Source of the DNA: Hypanus sabinus | Lineage: Eukaryota | DNA length: 64,000 bases | Assembly (NCBI RefSeq): GCF_030144855.1 | Contig: NC_082711.1 | Span: forward strand, 160,766,001-160,830,000 | Direction: 5' to 3' | Part shown: piece by piece, positions 13,416 through 25,334 of the stretch | Layout: each line of letters begins with the position of its first letter | How positions within the stretch are numbered: position 1 is the stretch's first letter | The notes under the pieces: generated by a model | What the model was told of the DNA's origin: nothing | What the model saw: the letters and a program-made list of their open reading frames with translations, nothing else | Databases searched by the model: none | Made by a program: the position numbers and the translations under genes

Positions 13416-13907
13416 GTAGTTGGTCAAACTTGATTTATACTGTTTTTAAAATGGAAAATATTGCAGAGATGTTCTGTGTAGTCAGGTAGATATGCAATTG
13501 TGAAGTAACATCTAAATGAAAGCCAAGGGTCACTCTGAAGAGTGAGCTTGAAGTGCTCCCAACAGGATTGTAGATCCAGCATCTTGCCCCATTCCATTCA
13601 GCCTAATGATATTGTGATTCAAATCAAATCAGATCAGATCTTGGCAAGAACAGGTGAAACAAGTCAAGAAAGATGTTCTACTTTGCTTTCAATACTTTTC
13701 TTAAATTACACTCACATGATGCAGCACCATTTTGAATGGTAATGTTAAATAGAGTACCTTCACCCTTTTCTGGTTGGTTTGGATCACATCATTCACAGTG
13801 GGATGTGGCAGAACAGGCAGAATCTTGATGCTTGTTTGAAGGGCCATTTAGATTTATCTATAACTTGCCACTTCCATTATTTATCATGCAGATAGTCATG
13901 CATTATA

Positions 13908-14561
13908 CACTCAGCAGCTGCACTATTAGGTACCTCCTCTACCCAATAATGTGGCCACTTATTGCATGTTAGTGGTGTTCTGGTGCTGTAGCCCATCTGC
14001 TTCAAAGTTTGATGTGTTGTGCATTCAGAGATGCTCTTCTGCACACCACTGTTGCACACGTGCTTACTTGAGTTACTGTCACCTTCCTTTCAGCTTGAAC
14101 CAATCTAGCCATTCTAACCACTCTGATCTCTCTCATTATAAGGTATTTTTGTCTACAGAACTGCCTCTCACTAGAGATTGTTTTTGTACACCATTCACAG
14201 TAAACTCAAGAGCAGGGGCTCCAAATCTTTTTATGCCATGAATCCCTACCATTAACCGAGAGGTCTGTGGACACCAGGTTGGGAAACCGTGCTCTAGAAA
14301 CTTTTGCGTGAAAATCCCATGAGATCAGCAGTTTCCAAGATACTCAAGCCACCCCTCCTGGTACTAACAATTATTCCACATTCAAAGTTGCTGCAATCAC
14401 ATTCCATCCGCATTTTGACATTTGGCTTAAACAACTACTAAACCTCTTGACCATGCCTGCATGCTTTTCTGAATTGAGTTGCAGCCACATGATAGGCTGA
14501 TTAGTATTTTTGCATTAACAAACAGGTTTACAGATGTACCTAATAAAATGGCCACTGAGTG
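13908..14561 (-). mobile_element. Non-autonomous Tc1/mariner element
   Basis: TIRs cactcagcagctgcactattaggtac / gtacctaataaaatggccactgagtg with TA on the left. Transposase remnant QKSISECTTHQTLKQMGYSTR. Confidence 0.85.
14213..14291. mobile_element. ~80-bp hAT MITE, copy 2, nested in the Tc1 element
   Basis: caggggctccaaa...gttgggaaaccgtg. Decayed 8-bp TSD ctcaagag / ctctagaa. Confidence 0.8.
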
Positions 14562-15004
14562 CAGCTTCCATTCAGCTTTAGATACACTTTATTTTATTTT
14601 GGGCTGGTGTTTCAGGTTGATGATCTTTATCAAATGAGCACTGGTCCCTGGTGAATTGGGAGATACATGACGTTATAATGTAAAAAAAGTCTTGCTAAGC
14701 TAGCCCACAAAGCCCAGTTTTCCTGGCTACATCTGATGATTGCATTCAGCTAATGATAATATTACCCAGGAGACATTCACAGTAGGAAGGCAAGTTCACC
14801 TCAGCAGTAGAACAGCCTAGGACAGACATGACAGTGCAGGAATGGAAAATGGAATTAAAAGGGCTGTTCGGCCAAAGATAGTGTTTATTACAGCAGATGA
14901 AGCTAAAGGTACTGACTGAAGCAATCCCCAAATCAGTGTAGGCTGCATCAAACGCAATAAACAACACCAATGTAACCATGAAGTTGTTAGATTTGGAAAA
15001 AAAA

Positions 15005-15225
15005 ACAAAACATGCTAGAAATGCTCAGTAAATCAGGCAATAAATATAGAAAAAAGAACCTAGTTAATTTTTCCAGTTAGAGATTCAGTTCTCTGACAAA
15101 GGGACACAATTATGAAACATTAATTTGGTTCCCCTTTCCAAAGAGGCTGCCCAGTCTGTTGGGCTTTTCCAACAGTTCCCATTTTTACTTCGGATCCCAA
15201 GCAACGGCTGATTTGTTTGATTTCT
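15005..15225. mobile_element. Decayed Penelope-derived foldback element
   Basis: Left arm atgctagaaatgctcagt, centre ctgacaaaggg..tgaaacatt, right arm gctgcccagtctgttgggcttttccaac. Confidence 0.55.
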
Positions 15226-16455
15226 CATTTATTGTTTGTCTGGAAAGGTACATATTGAACAAGTTAGATGAACAGAGCAAATTTCATTACCAGAAGCCTA
15301 TCAGTGGGTCGAGCTGACTGATTGCGTTCCTTTGCATTTGTCTGCAATTTGGATTGCTCCTGAACTTAGTGCAAAGCAGGGGGGAAAGTCCTTACCAGTC
15401 ATTTCTAGCACCATCTAACTATCATGAAACCATCATCTCATTATCATGAAATCCATTCACAATTGAACAAATGTAATCAAACAGTAATACAGTGATAAGC
15501 AATTTTGAACAAAATAAACCTGTGAGATACAGGGATCACCAAACCCTGGGGCGGAAAAACTAATTGGACTAAGATTTACTTTCTTTTGTCTCAGTAGTCT
15601 CATTCAGAAAGTCTAGTCAATTTAGAACAATTTAAGAATTAATACCTCAACAGTCTTTTCAGAAGGTCCAGTTAATTTAGAACAGTTTAAGCTGGATGTT
15701 TTCAGTGGAATCCTGGCAGTTAAAGTGGAGTGTTACCCCTGCAAACAGAGAGCTATTGCTACCACTTAAGTGACCAGTGAGTAAATAATGACCTTGAGAG
15801 AAAACAGCTAAAGAAATATTCTTAATGACTAGTTATAAGAAGGATGTGAACCAGAAGGGTTGCTATGTCATCCACAAATAATTGATCATGCATATCATCA
15901 GCTCTTCAGAGCAGACACATTTATCTACAATTGGAGACTGCGAGCTGAGAATTCCATCTTTTAACATTCAGAAGTGCAACCTGACTACCGAACCTGTCTT
16001 GTTTATACTGCAGGGATCAGACTGTGGGGCAAATTCAGGAAGAAGGAGAAAAGTAGCAGGTTGTGGCTGTGATAAAAATGTAACCAGCATCGGCCTGGCT
16101 CCAACAACTCCCATCCAGATCTGCATTGCTCACCTCTCACTTTAGCACAATCAATTTACAATGAACGAAAGGGGGGGGGGGGGAATCTGATCAGAATTAA
16201 TTTTAACCATATAATGAAAGAGAGGCTGAGGTAAACTGCCTTCTTTGGAGAGCGCACTATCTGAGCATTAGAAGCACAACCAGTCGATTAACATATACCT
16301 TCAGTGTTTTGACTGGTCAAAGACTATAACCTTACTCAAAAGATAATCAGAACTCACCGGTACCGATTTGATACAGTTGGTGTTACTTCAAGATGGATGC
16401 AGCCAGGAACATTCACTTGCAGAAATATTTACCCAGCCGCATACATTTTGCACAC

Positions 16456-16672
16456 TGTGGTGAACTACATATACCTGTCTGGACACGCCCCCCCCCCCCC
16501 CCCACTGACTGCTCCTGTGGCTCCTCCCACGGACCCCGGTACAAAGGCAATTGGAGGCACAGCCTCAGTCTCCAGGATGTTGTGTGGTGGTCACTTGCTG
16601 CTTGTTCTTTCTTCCAGCCAATAAAGGCCTATATCTCGCCTCACGTCTTCAAGAGTTATTAATGGTGCATCA
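16456..16672 (+). mobile_element. Solo LTR (217 bp)
   Basis: TG...CA ends, TATA-like tacaaa, AATAAA at 16620, and 5-bp TSD cacac / catac. Confidence 0.75.
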
Positions 16673-16879
16673 CATACATGATTTTTTGAACAAATGTACA
16701 TAATAAAAGTTGCTGAGGGGTGCCAGAAAAGAAGGCACACACATGGATGCAAGGGCCACTCTGGCTCCAACCAAAGAGGACGTTTCTTATCCTGTTCATT
16801 TTTTTCTAAGACTGAAAAACACTGAAGATTGAGAACACCAAAATCCGCAAGTCTAACTTGCTAGTGAGAGGAACAACAA

Positions 16880-18175
16880 ATCTACTGCACAGTTACAGAG
16901 AGTGGGTGCTGCAACCTTCAGGGAAACGGACATTGGAAGTGATGTGCTCAAACAGAGAAGCACGTCAGTATTAAAGCAAGACAAAGCAGGTTTGTGCTCG
17001 CATCGATTCTACTCACTAACATCCGATTGCCGAAAAATAAACTGGATTACTTGTGTCTGCGTCAGAACCAGTGGGAGATAAGGGACTGTTTCACACACTT
17101 CCTGAAAAAAACATGGCTACAAGACATCATACCATCCAGCTAGAAGGTCTAATTTCCTTCTGGACAGATAGAAATGCTGTGACCTTTGGCAAGACCCGTG
17201 GAGGAGATCAATAAGCACTTATGAGTGAGTGCCTTAATAGTAATGGCCCACTGCTCATGGCAGATAGAAATTTTTATATGGTCAAGTACCTCTCCATATA
17301 CAACTGAGATAAATTTCTTGTGTGCATACTCGACAAATCCATAATAACTATAATAGAATCAGTGAAAGACCACCAACTTGGGCATTCAACCAATGTGCAA
17401 AAGACAACAAACTGTGCAAGTACAAAAAAAATAATAAATTAATATTGAGAGCATGAGAGGAAGAGTCCTTGAAAGTGAGTCCACAGGTTGTGGGAACATT
17501 TCAATGATAGGAGCAAGTGTTGTTGACTGAATCTATTCCCTTTGGTTCAAGAGCCTGATGGTTGAGGGGTAATAACTCCTTCTGAACCTGGTGGTGAGAG
17601 TCCCAAGACTCCTGAACATTCAAACAACTTTCTACAGCAGCACCTTCAAGAGTATCTTGTCTAGCTACATTGTTATTTGGCATGGAAGCTGCAAGGTATA
17701 GGATCACAAGACCCTAGAGGGGACATTAAAAGCTGCTGAGAGGATCACTGAGGTCTTCCCCCTCCCCCCTATTTGTGAGATTTATCTGCAGCATTGCAAC
17801 TGAAGGGTCCAGAGTATTGTTGAGGATCCCTACCACCCACCCCACAATCTCTTTGATCCATTATCATCAGGAAGGAGGTACAGAAATATTGGGACTAGTT
17901 ACCCCATCTGGTAGTCCAGCTTCTTCCCTCAGACATTGTGATTAATGAATTCCCTGGCCACCAATGAGTTCTCATCACTAGAACAGCATGCAATTTACTA
18001 TTTAACTGTGTTGTGCTTTACTGCATGCACTTTAAATTATATTTTATTAACTTATTTTTAGTATGCCATTTTGGTTTATATGCTGTGTGTGATACACGTT
18101 TTGTGGCTGCACCAGATAATTGTTTTGTTTGGTTGTATACATTTACAATAAATTTGAAAATGAACTTAAATTGAA
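16880..18175 (+). mobile_element. Decayed, internally deleted Rex1/Babar LINE with an antisense LINE 3' fragment (about 17295-17615) between its parts
   Basis: APE-like SILLTNIR..NKLDYL near 17000. A 3' RT segment (SIL....LFG; DPYHP.H.LF) spans 17615-17950. The middle segment matches 28640-29120. Confidence 0.7.
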
Positions 18176-18419
18176 GCTCAAGTTTTTTCATGATAATAAT
18201 ATGCTTAAATTAAACACACTGCACAAAAACACATCTGGGATCCAATCCAAAGAAAAACGACGAAAATAAAGACTTTACGGGTCATCAGCCAAGACCAAAA
18301 TACAAAATCAAATGGAGATTCTCTGAAAAATGCTAAGTTTCACGACATATATATTTATATGATATCCATCTGCGAGACCTTCCAAAGACCTTTAAACCAA
18401 AATTATTTCTAGTTCTAGA

Positions 18420-18510
18420 GTAACACACAGAAAATGCAGGAGGAACTCAGCAGGTCTGGCAGCATCCATAGAAAGGACTAAATCTTCGACATTTGCCACT
18501 CAAGACACTT
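18420..18510 (-). mobile_element. Penelope-derived foldback family, half copy
   Basis: aacacacagaaaatgcaggaggaactcagcaggtctggcagcatccatag matches the left arm of 26422 and 41741. Confidence 0.7.
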
Positions 18511-20003
18511 CCACAACCACCTGGTTCTGTTTGTTCTAGGATTGAGACCAACTACAAAGGACCACTAAAAGTACCTTTAAGATGAAGTGTCTGATATAGT
18601 TAAAGTCTTCCACCACAATGTTGTAATGTTGGTAGAGAATGCAAGCTCTACAAGCTAACTGTGGGGTTGAATTGAAACAAAAAGTCACAAATGAAGAGTT
18701 CATTTGGCTCTTAGTAAGAAACTGCTAGACAAGCGATCTTAAGCCAAATGTTTGAAAGAGCAAAACAGAGAAAATTATGGGAATAGCATTTTTGGTTGGT
18801 GCTGTCCAATCACCGTTACTGCCTGTGATTGTAGAAGATTATATTCGTCCCTTGACAACAAGGCGGTTTAACAATGTATCAAGCACATTCAGCAATCTGT
18901 TAAAAGGACACAGCAAACAGCCCTGACTCAAAAGTGACATGCGCCAGCATTGTGTCAAATCAATATTGCCTCATGTGGTGCCAATTCACTATTCTAGGCA
19001 CTGGGTACAACGTTATTTAGAAAACCTGGTTGAGAAGGTGCTAGCAAAACATTTTTGATAAATCGGTTTACACAGAGGAGGGCGCACTTGCGAAGTGGAA
19101 ATTAGACCCACATAACGCCGGCGGTATCAAGGCATCTCTCAATTCAACTGCTCGCGACTCAGGTGGCACCTGCTTCGACTCAAAGCTCGTATTCTTTTGT
19201 GGAAAATGCTTTAAATGACGATAGAGAAAAATTGTCTTACTAAACTGAATTTTCCAATGTTAAACCTTCCTTGATGAAAACAAAAATCGCATTAAAATTT
19301 GCGGTACTCACAGACTACACGAGATAAGGAAACTCCAGAAATAAAAATGCTTCTATGTATGATAAATTCTCACGTAACATGTAGCTATTTGGATGTAAAA
19401 TATCTAACGTTTCCCAGACCAGCAACTTGACTCTGAATGCAAGTACGGAAGACAAATTCACACAATTAACAATTAATCTCATTATCTGATGCTAATTAAT
19501 CAAACTCGTGAAAGAGAGAAACAATGGGATTGGAATAGCTTCAGTGGGAGTTCCTCGGAATTTTGTTAACAAGTTATTTATCACACTATACATTTATTTA
19601 CAATACAAATACATTATATAATAACAAATTTGTAATTTATCAGCATTTAAAGTGACACCCAGAATTTCATTTACAAAAACGAAAGCTGGAGTACAAGAAA
19701 GAAAATTTATAATTGGGGTTTTATTTTCACAGTTTCAACAACTCAACACTTTTTGCCTGCTGTAGATACATACGAATGGCAATCATCTTGTTTGATCGGG
19801 GTCTGCCTATATGTGTAACCAAAATCCGCCGTAACTACGTGGAAGTACTTTAAATGATGGACAGTAAGGTAAATACTCTCAATTTGTTTTTCAATGCTGT
19901 CCACGTGAATCTTCGGGCATTCACTCTGATATCAACACATTCTCTTTGTTAAATATGCACCGGTTAGCATTTATGAAAATTTCCTCTCCCACCAAACTCT
20001 TAC

Positions 20004-20091
20004 CTTGACCGCGGACCTTCAATAGAAAAGCTAGAAGAAAACACATCGCATTCATTTCTAATCGATAGCGAGAGAACGCGCTCCTGTTCAT
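20004..20091 (-). CDS. Putative first coding exon of a host gene encoding a secreted or type-I membrane protein (signal peptide MNRSAFSRYRLEMNAMCFLLAFLLKVRGQ)
   Basis: ATG (ggaATGa) at 20091 with no upstream ATG for about 450 nt. 29 codons plus 1 nt, then the donor AAG|GTAAGA. Basic n-region, hydrophobic CFLLAFLL, and V-R-G/Q cleavage-like site. Lies in a CpG island. Confidence 0.65.
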
Positions 20092-20280
20092 TCCTGAGGT
20101 TGCTAGAGAATTGTTTCTTTCTTGCTGTTCTTCTAACTACTTTCCGAGGTATTTGAGACAGAGCCCTCCACTCACTCCTCGAAGCAAGATCGGGGACGTC
20201 GAAAGTGGTCAGGTTCTCTCTTCTCTCTTTTTTTTTGTTTCGGCTTGTCTTAATTCAAACGAACGGCTTTGTTGAAAGAA

Positions 20281-20470
20281 GGGGGAGGCGGGGCGGGCGG
20301 AAGAGGACAGAATCGCCACGCTGACCGAGCCTGAGAGCGACACCAGGGCGAGCGAGAGCCTGGTATTCGGGCTGCTTTGGGAGCGGGTCGCCGCTGCTCC
20401 TGCTGCCGTCAGCACCGCGGACAGCTCCAGCTTCTGTCGCCGACCACGTGCACCGTGACGTCCCGCCGCC
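20281..20470. promoter_or_regulatory. Core promoter motifs: GC boxes, E-box, CRE-like site
   Basis: gggggaggcggggcgggcgg (20281-20300), CACGTG (20445-20450), TGACGTC (20456-20462). Confidence 0.65.
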
Positions 20471-22232
20471 GCTGAAACTGACCCAGCAGCAGCCCCTTCC
20501 CTCGCCGTTTAAAGTTGCAATGCCGTGATCCTTCACTCCCCCATTTATCACCGACTTCTCACTCAATCCTCTCGCCTGCAATTAAGAAGGCAGTTGATGT
20601 TGCTTTAATGCATCTCTCACCAGACTGATTAAAATGTATTTAACTTAACCCTGGGTTGGCATTGGCCCTGTTTCTATTTTTCCTGAACTGTATGTACAGG
20701 CAGCAACTAAATAAAGCATTTACATCACGGAGTATTTCTCCCAAATGGTTCATGCCTTGTTCGAACCTCCTAAATCTAGTACGTCTAAATATGTCTGTGC
20801 ATTCATCTTTTTCATTATTCCACCCGGACTTCCCGTTTTGTTCCTCGATGCAATCAACATGTTCCCTGTGCAGGTAAGGTTGGATGGTTTCGCTTCAGTC
20901 CATTGTTTACATCTGGGATCCAGAAGGATGTTCCGTTCAGGAGTCATAGCCTGCTCAAGCTCCTCTAATTCCCTTGGTAGTGATTGGTTAACAAGGTAAA
21001 TATTTACTCACAAACGTGTCAAGGCAAAATACCTCTGAAATTAACTTGAGCTCCTTTAAAGAAAGCCTCCTCTTTTCTCGTCGCTAAGTGCCTGCCGATC
21101 ACGTCTAGTACATTTACCAGGCCTAACATCAGAGTTTAACATCGTGGGTATGCTTAAGAAAGTGCTCCTTTAATCTCTAGAAAGCGGAACGTGGACTTGA
21201 ATTCACAATTTTCCTCCACAAACTGCATTTCAGAAAAGTTGTAACCGCCGCTATTACATCGTCTCTCACTCAGAACGCGCGTGTTCATTTATCCGAATTT
21301 TATGTTATTGTAAGCAAAGTACTGGTGATTACTTACCAACTTTCTCCGGAGCCTATTTTAGATACAACATCTTGTGTAAATAAATAATCATAATAAAAAT
21401 AACACACTGTGGTCTTAAAATAAAATGATCAAGTTGGCATAACAACAAATTTGAGTGGGAAATGGCGCATCGCTTCACAGGTAGAGCAATAAACTGTCAA
21501 AGCCAGAAAATGTACATTAAAATGAAAGCAGAATAATGTATATAATACTAATGTATAGAACCAGAACACTTCCATGATCTGGATCAACACGTTGACGTCG
21601 TGTGGAGGCTTAAGCTCTTCAAGGACTCCATCGGGAGACGCCAACTCAGGGTCACTCATGTTGCAACGGTTGTGGACGAGATGCCGGACGAAGATCGATG
21701 CAACCCCGGCTTCCGAACAGGCTGACTCGCCTCTGCACCTCCCGGGCCACACTTCATGCCATATGAAATAACATAGAACTAGAAAAGAATGAACATAGAT
21801 TCCAGTTTATACTGCCGTGGTACCAAAAAAAAAGAACATTGGGCTCAATCTCGATTTGTCGCATCTTTTACTGTTAAGGCTTAAACTAAAAGCTTATGTT
21901 CATTGTATTTACCTAATGATTATTCCTCTAGGCGTGAAAATACTCCACAGTTTGTGAAGGAAATAGGACGTATCCATTAATAAAGGAATATATTTCAGAA
22001 TTTAACATTGAGCCTATGAGATATATAGACAGTTGCCACCCATTGAGTGGGTGCTGAGTGTCCTAATTGGGCACTACAATAAGCTGTCAAGCACAAATTA
22101 GTGAGTTGACACCATATACAAATACAGGGAGTGTGTATTTATATTGTAGACGTAGAGTATGACATTCTCTCAATCAGCTTTCAATTAACGAGGTGGAAGA
22201 CCCTCCATAAATGCCCTCACTTGAAGCACAAA

Positions 22233-22594
22233 CACTCAGCGGCCATGCTGTCAGGCACACATGAACACCTGCTCCTTAATGTAAATATCTAATCAGCCAA
22301 TCACTTGCCAACAACTCAATGCATGAAAGTATGCAGACAAGGTCTAGAGGCTCAGTTGTTGCTTATGGGGCAAAAATGCTTTATTAATGAAAGAGGCCAA
22401 AGGAGACTGAACCAAACTGGCAGGAAGATGACAGTAATTCAAATAATCATTTGTTACAAGACTGACATGCAGAAGAGCATCTCTGAGTGCACAGCACATT
22501 GAACCTTGGAGTGGTTAAGCAACAGCAGCAGAAAACAATGAACATTGACCACAATATTAGGAAAGGAAGTGCCTAATAAAGCAGCCACTGGATG
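22233..22594 (+). mobile_element. Non-autonomous Tc1/mariner element (same family as 13908, opposite orientation)
   Basis: Decayed TIRs cactcagcggccatg / cctaataaagcagccactggatg and remnant MQKSISECTAH. Confidence 0.8.
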
Positions 22595-23254
22595 CATATT
22601 TACTTTGTAGATGTAAAGTATTACATTCTCTCAACCAGCTTTCAATTAACTTGGCATGTAAATGCCCTCACTTAAATACACATGTGTTGTTCAGTGGAGG
22701 AAAAAAAAGCAAATTTCATCTCCACCAGCCATTTATTTTAAGGGAACATGAGCTAAGTTACAGATTGGATCCTGATTGATTTCTTCCTCCAACTGCTGTT
22801 GGGATTTTCTAAGTATTTGGTGCTTTTTATAGTAGTTCAGGTTGCAGGAAGTCTACAGGGAGTGATGTGACAGCTGCTGAAGGACTTTTTGCTGACTTCA
22901 AGGTAGCATGCAAACCACTTGTACTCAGGCTTGTTGAATAGAAATTCCATTTCAAGCAGGGTTTAGCTGGGAGACTGAGGAGGCGATCCACAGGGCAGGT
23001 CAAGCTGCAGGAAGGAAGAGGAGAAGAAGCGGACCAGTGTTCTGCAAGCAGTTCTCCAACCTGAACTGCACCAACGTGTGAAAATTCCCACTCAGATAAA
23101 TCCAGAAGAGAACAGACCTTAAGGCACTGCGAGCTTCTTCCAATATTTGAAGAGGTCAAAGCTAATCCTAGGCCCAACTTAACTTTCTCCACTGAGATAC
23201 CAGCAAGTGCAACATGAGATCAGGACAAGGCACACATTCCTGCAAGTTGGTAGA

Positions 23255-24110
23255 GCATAGAACTAAACAGCATAACAATAGACCATAAGGCCTACAATGT
23301 TGTGCCAAACCAATTAAAATATTGTCCCTTAATCCCGTCTGTCTACCAAATGACTGATATTTCTTCATCATCTGTATATCCATGTGCCAATCTTAGAGTC
23401 TCTTAAGTGCCATTGTATTTGTCTCCATCACCAAACCTGGCAATGCATTCCCAGCACCAATCACTACTCTCTGTACAAAGAAAAATGCCTCTCATTTCTC
23501 CTTTGAGCATTACCCCTCTCACCTTAAATGCATGCCCTCTAATATTAAACATTTTGATTCTGGGTTAAAGACAGTAGCTGTCTACCCCGTCTAGCGCAAA
23601 TCCCAGCTAAAAAGATTGTGCCAAGTTGCAGCCTCTGTTGAATTGCAGCTCAGATTTGATTGTGTTTTAATTGTTTTTAGACTTGTCAGGATGGTTCTGG
23701 GGACAGAGAGGAGAGATAGGAGTCAGGTTAGGGTTTAGGGTCAGGGATGTGGGAGAATTGGATTTCAGGCTGGAGGCTAAGTCTCCACTTCATGTTGGAA
23801 AGCCAGTGATGCGGACATGGAACATCCATGGTCAAATGTCTGGTGCTGGATGTTAGACAGGCAGAGCAGACAAGAGCAACGTGTTCCAGAGCTGGAGTTA
23901 CATGCAGGCAGGAGAAGTAAGTTCCAATGGCCCCCTCGGTTCTCAAATCAGTGAGACCTGAGTTCAAGTCCTAGTGATCAGGGTTTCACGTCACTATATA
24001 TCTCGATGTAGACATGACAAATAAGCTTGAATATTCAATTCTGAATGCCTCTCATAATGTTACAAGCTTCTGCCAAGTCTCCCCTCAGCCTCTGCCACTC
24101 CAAAGAAAGC
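23255..24110 (-). mobile_element. CR1-type LINE 3' end, interrupted by a plus-strand retroposon (about 23596-24045)
   Basis: Matches the CR1 tails at 25715 and 27945. The motif ctaccccgtcta|gcctctcataat is split by an insert ending atgacaaataagcttgaatattcaattctgaat. Confidence 0.7.
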
Positions 24111-24774
24111 TAGGATGATCAGGGAAATGAAAATATATGGCTCTCGCACATTCCCAGCCATAACAGGAGATAATTGCACAATCACACTGTTAGCTGTCCA
24201 CTTGATGTGCTAGGAAATCTCCTGGCATTCTGTCTGCGAAGAGGCACCCTTCATTTTCTTTTGCTTCTCCTTCAGATGAAGAAAGTACTTAACTTTAATA
24301 AGATTCCAGTCTTTCCCATGGCGTTGGCAATGTGCACACCAATTTTGGGTGCCCCGTGCCAACTCCGGTAAGTGCCAGAATCAAAAGTGATTCCACATCT
24401 TCAATGAGCAGCAGGTATCTGGTGACAGACTGTGAATCCTTCCTATCATTGTCTATTACCCAGGCAACAGAAAACACCCTCTGTATTCTGCAGCAGCATG
24501 CTCTTCCAGCTGCCTTTGAGGCACCACCACAAAGGAAAGGGTCATTACTGATGCAAAAGGTATGGTATTACTGATAAAATGTCTGGTATTACTGATAAAA
24601 GGGCTGGTATTTTCACAGCATAACTAACTTGCTCAAGGGTAGCAGGCGTATTGTGAAGGTTACCCGCCGGCATGACATCTGATATGGTTGGTCAGTGGCA
24701 TGTTGAAACAATGCTTCCACTACCTTGGGCATTCAGGAGAAACCTTTCACTGTTTTGCAGGTTGGCCGATGTGC

Positions 24775-25050
24775 TTCAAAGTTCATAGTTCAAAGCAAAT
24801 TTATTATCAAAATACAGGTATATCACCATGTACTACCCTGAGATTCATTTTCTTGCAGGCATTCACATTAAATATAACAAGAAGGAATAGATTCAATGAA
24901 AAAGAAACTTCACACATGGATGGATAAACAGCCAATAGGCAAAAGTCAATGATTTGTGTAAATACGAAAGAGAAAAAGAACAAAATAATAATAATAAGAA
25001 AATAAGTAATACATATTGAGAACATGAGTTGTAGAGTGCTTGAAAATGAG
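24775..25050 (-). mobile_element. Rex1/Babar-like LINE 3' UTR
   Basis: Tail aagttcatagttcaaagcaaatttattatc...tgagattcattttcttg is shared with 28555, 43694 and 62672. Confidence 0.75.
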
Positions 25051-25334
25051 TGCTTGTTTGTGACCAGCTGCAGGCTGTACAACATTTTACTGTGAGGCCA
25101 CAGCTTGTGACTCTGCTGTGAACAGTGGGAATAGAAAGTAGAAAGGGAAAATGCCGAGTGAGGTGTAGCTGATTCAAGGAAAGAAGACGGCAACCCGCTT
25201 TATCCGAGCTGTCAGCTGGACTCATTGGAGTGTACTGATAACCTCAGCTCTAATCCTCTCTTCACTAACAATCCCAGGCTATCTTCTCATTGCCACAGTC
25301 TCAAAAAATGGCCATGGCCACAATACAAGTAGTC

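Larger units (their letters stand above)
19060..21900. promoter_or_regulatory. CpG-enriched island / promoter region
   Basis: Strong local excess of CpG over the CpG-depleted background in non-repeat sequence, peaking at 20280-20520. Confidence 0.8.

Noticed and set aside
16358-16420. Candidate exon 2 of the minus-strand gene (donor CG|GTGAGT)
   Set aside because: Weak acceptor and an unrecognisable peptide.
20004-20091. Naming the gene CD99/XG, NRP2 or COL14A1
   Set aside because: Only a few signal-peptide residues are similar and no mature-protein exon was found, so the symbol is left empty.
20209-20581. ORFs 20209-20415 and 20255-20581 in the CpG island
   Set aside because: GC-rich sequence lacks stops by composition, and no domain is recognisable. 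They overlap the likely promoter and 5' UTR.
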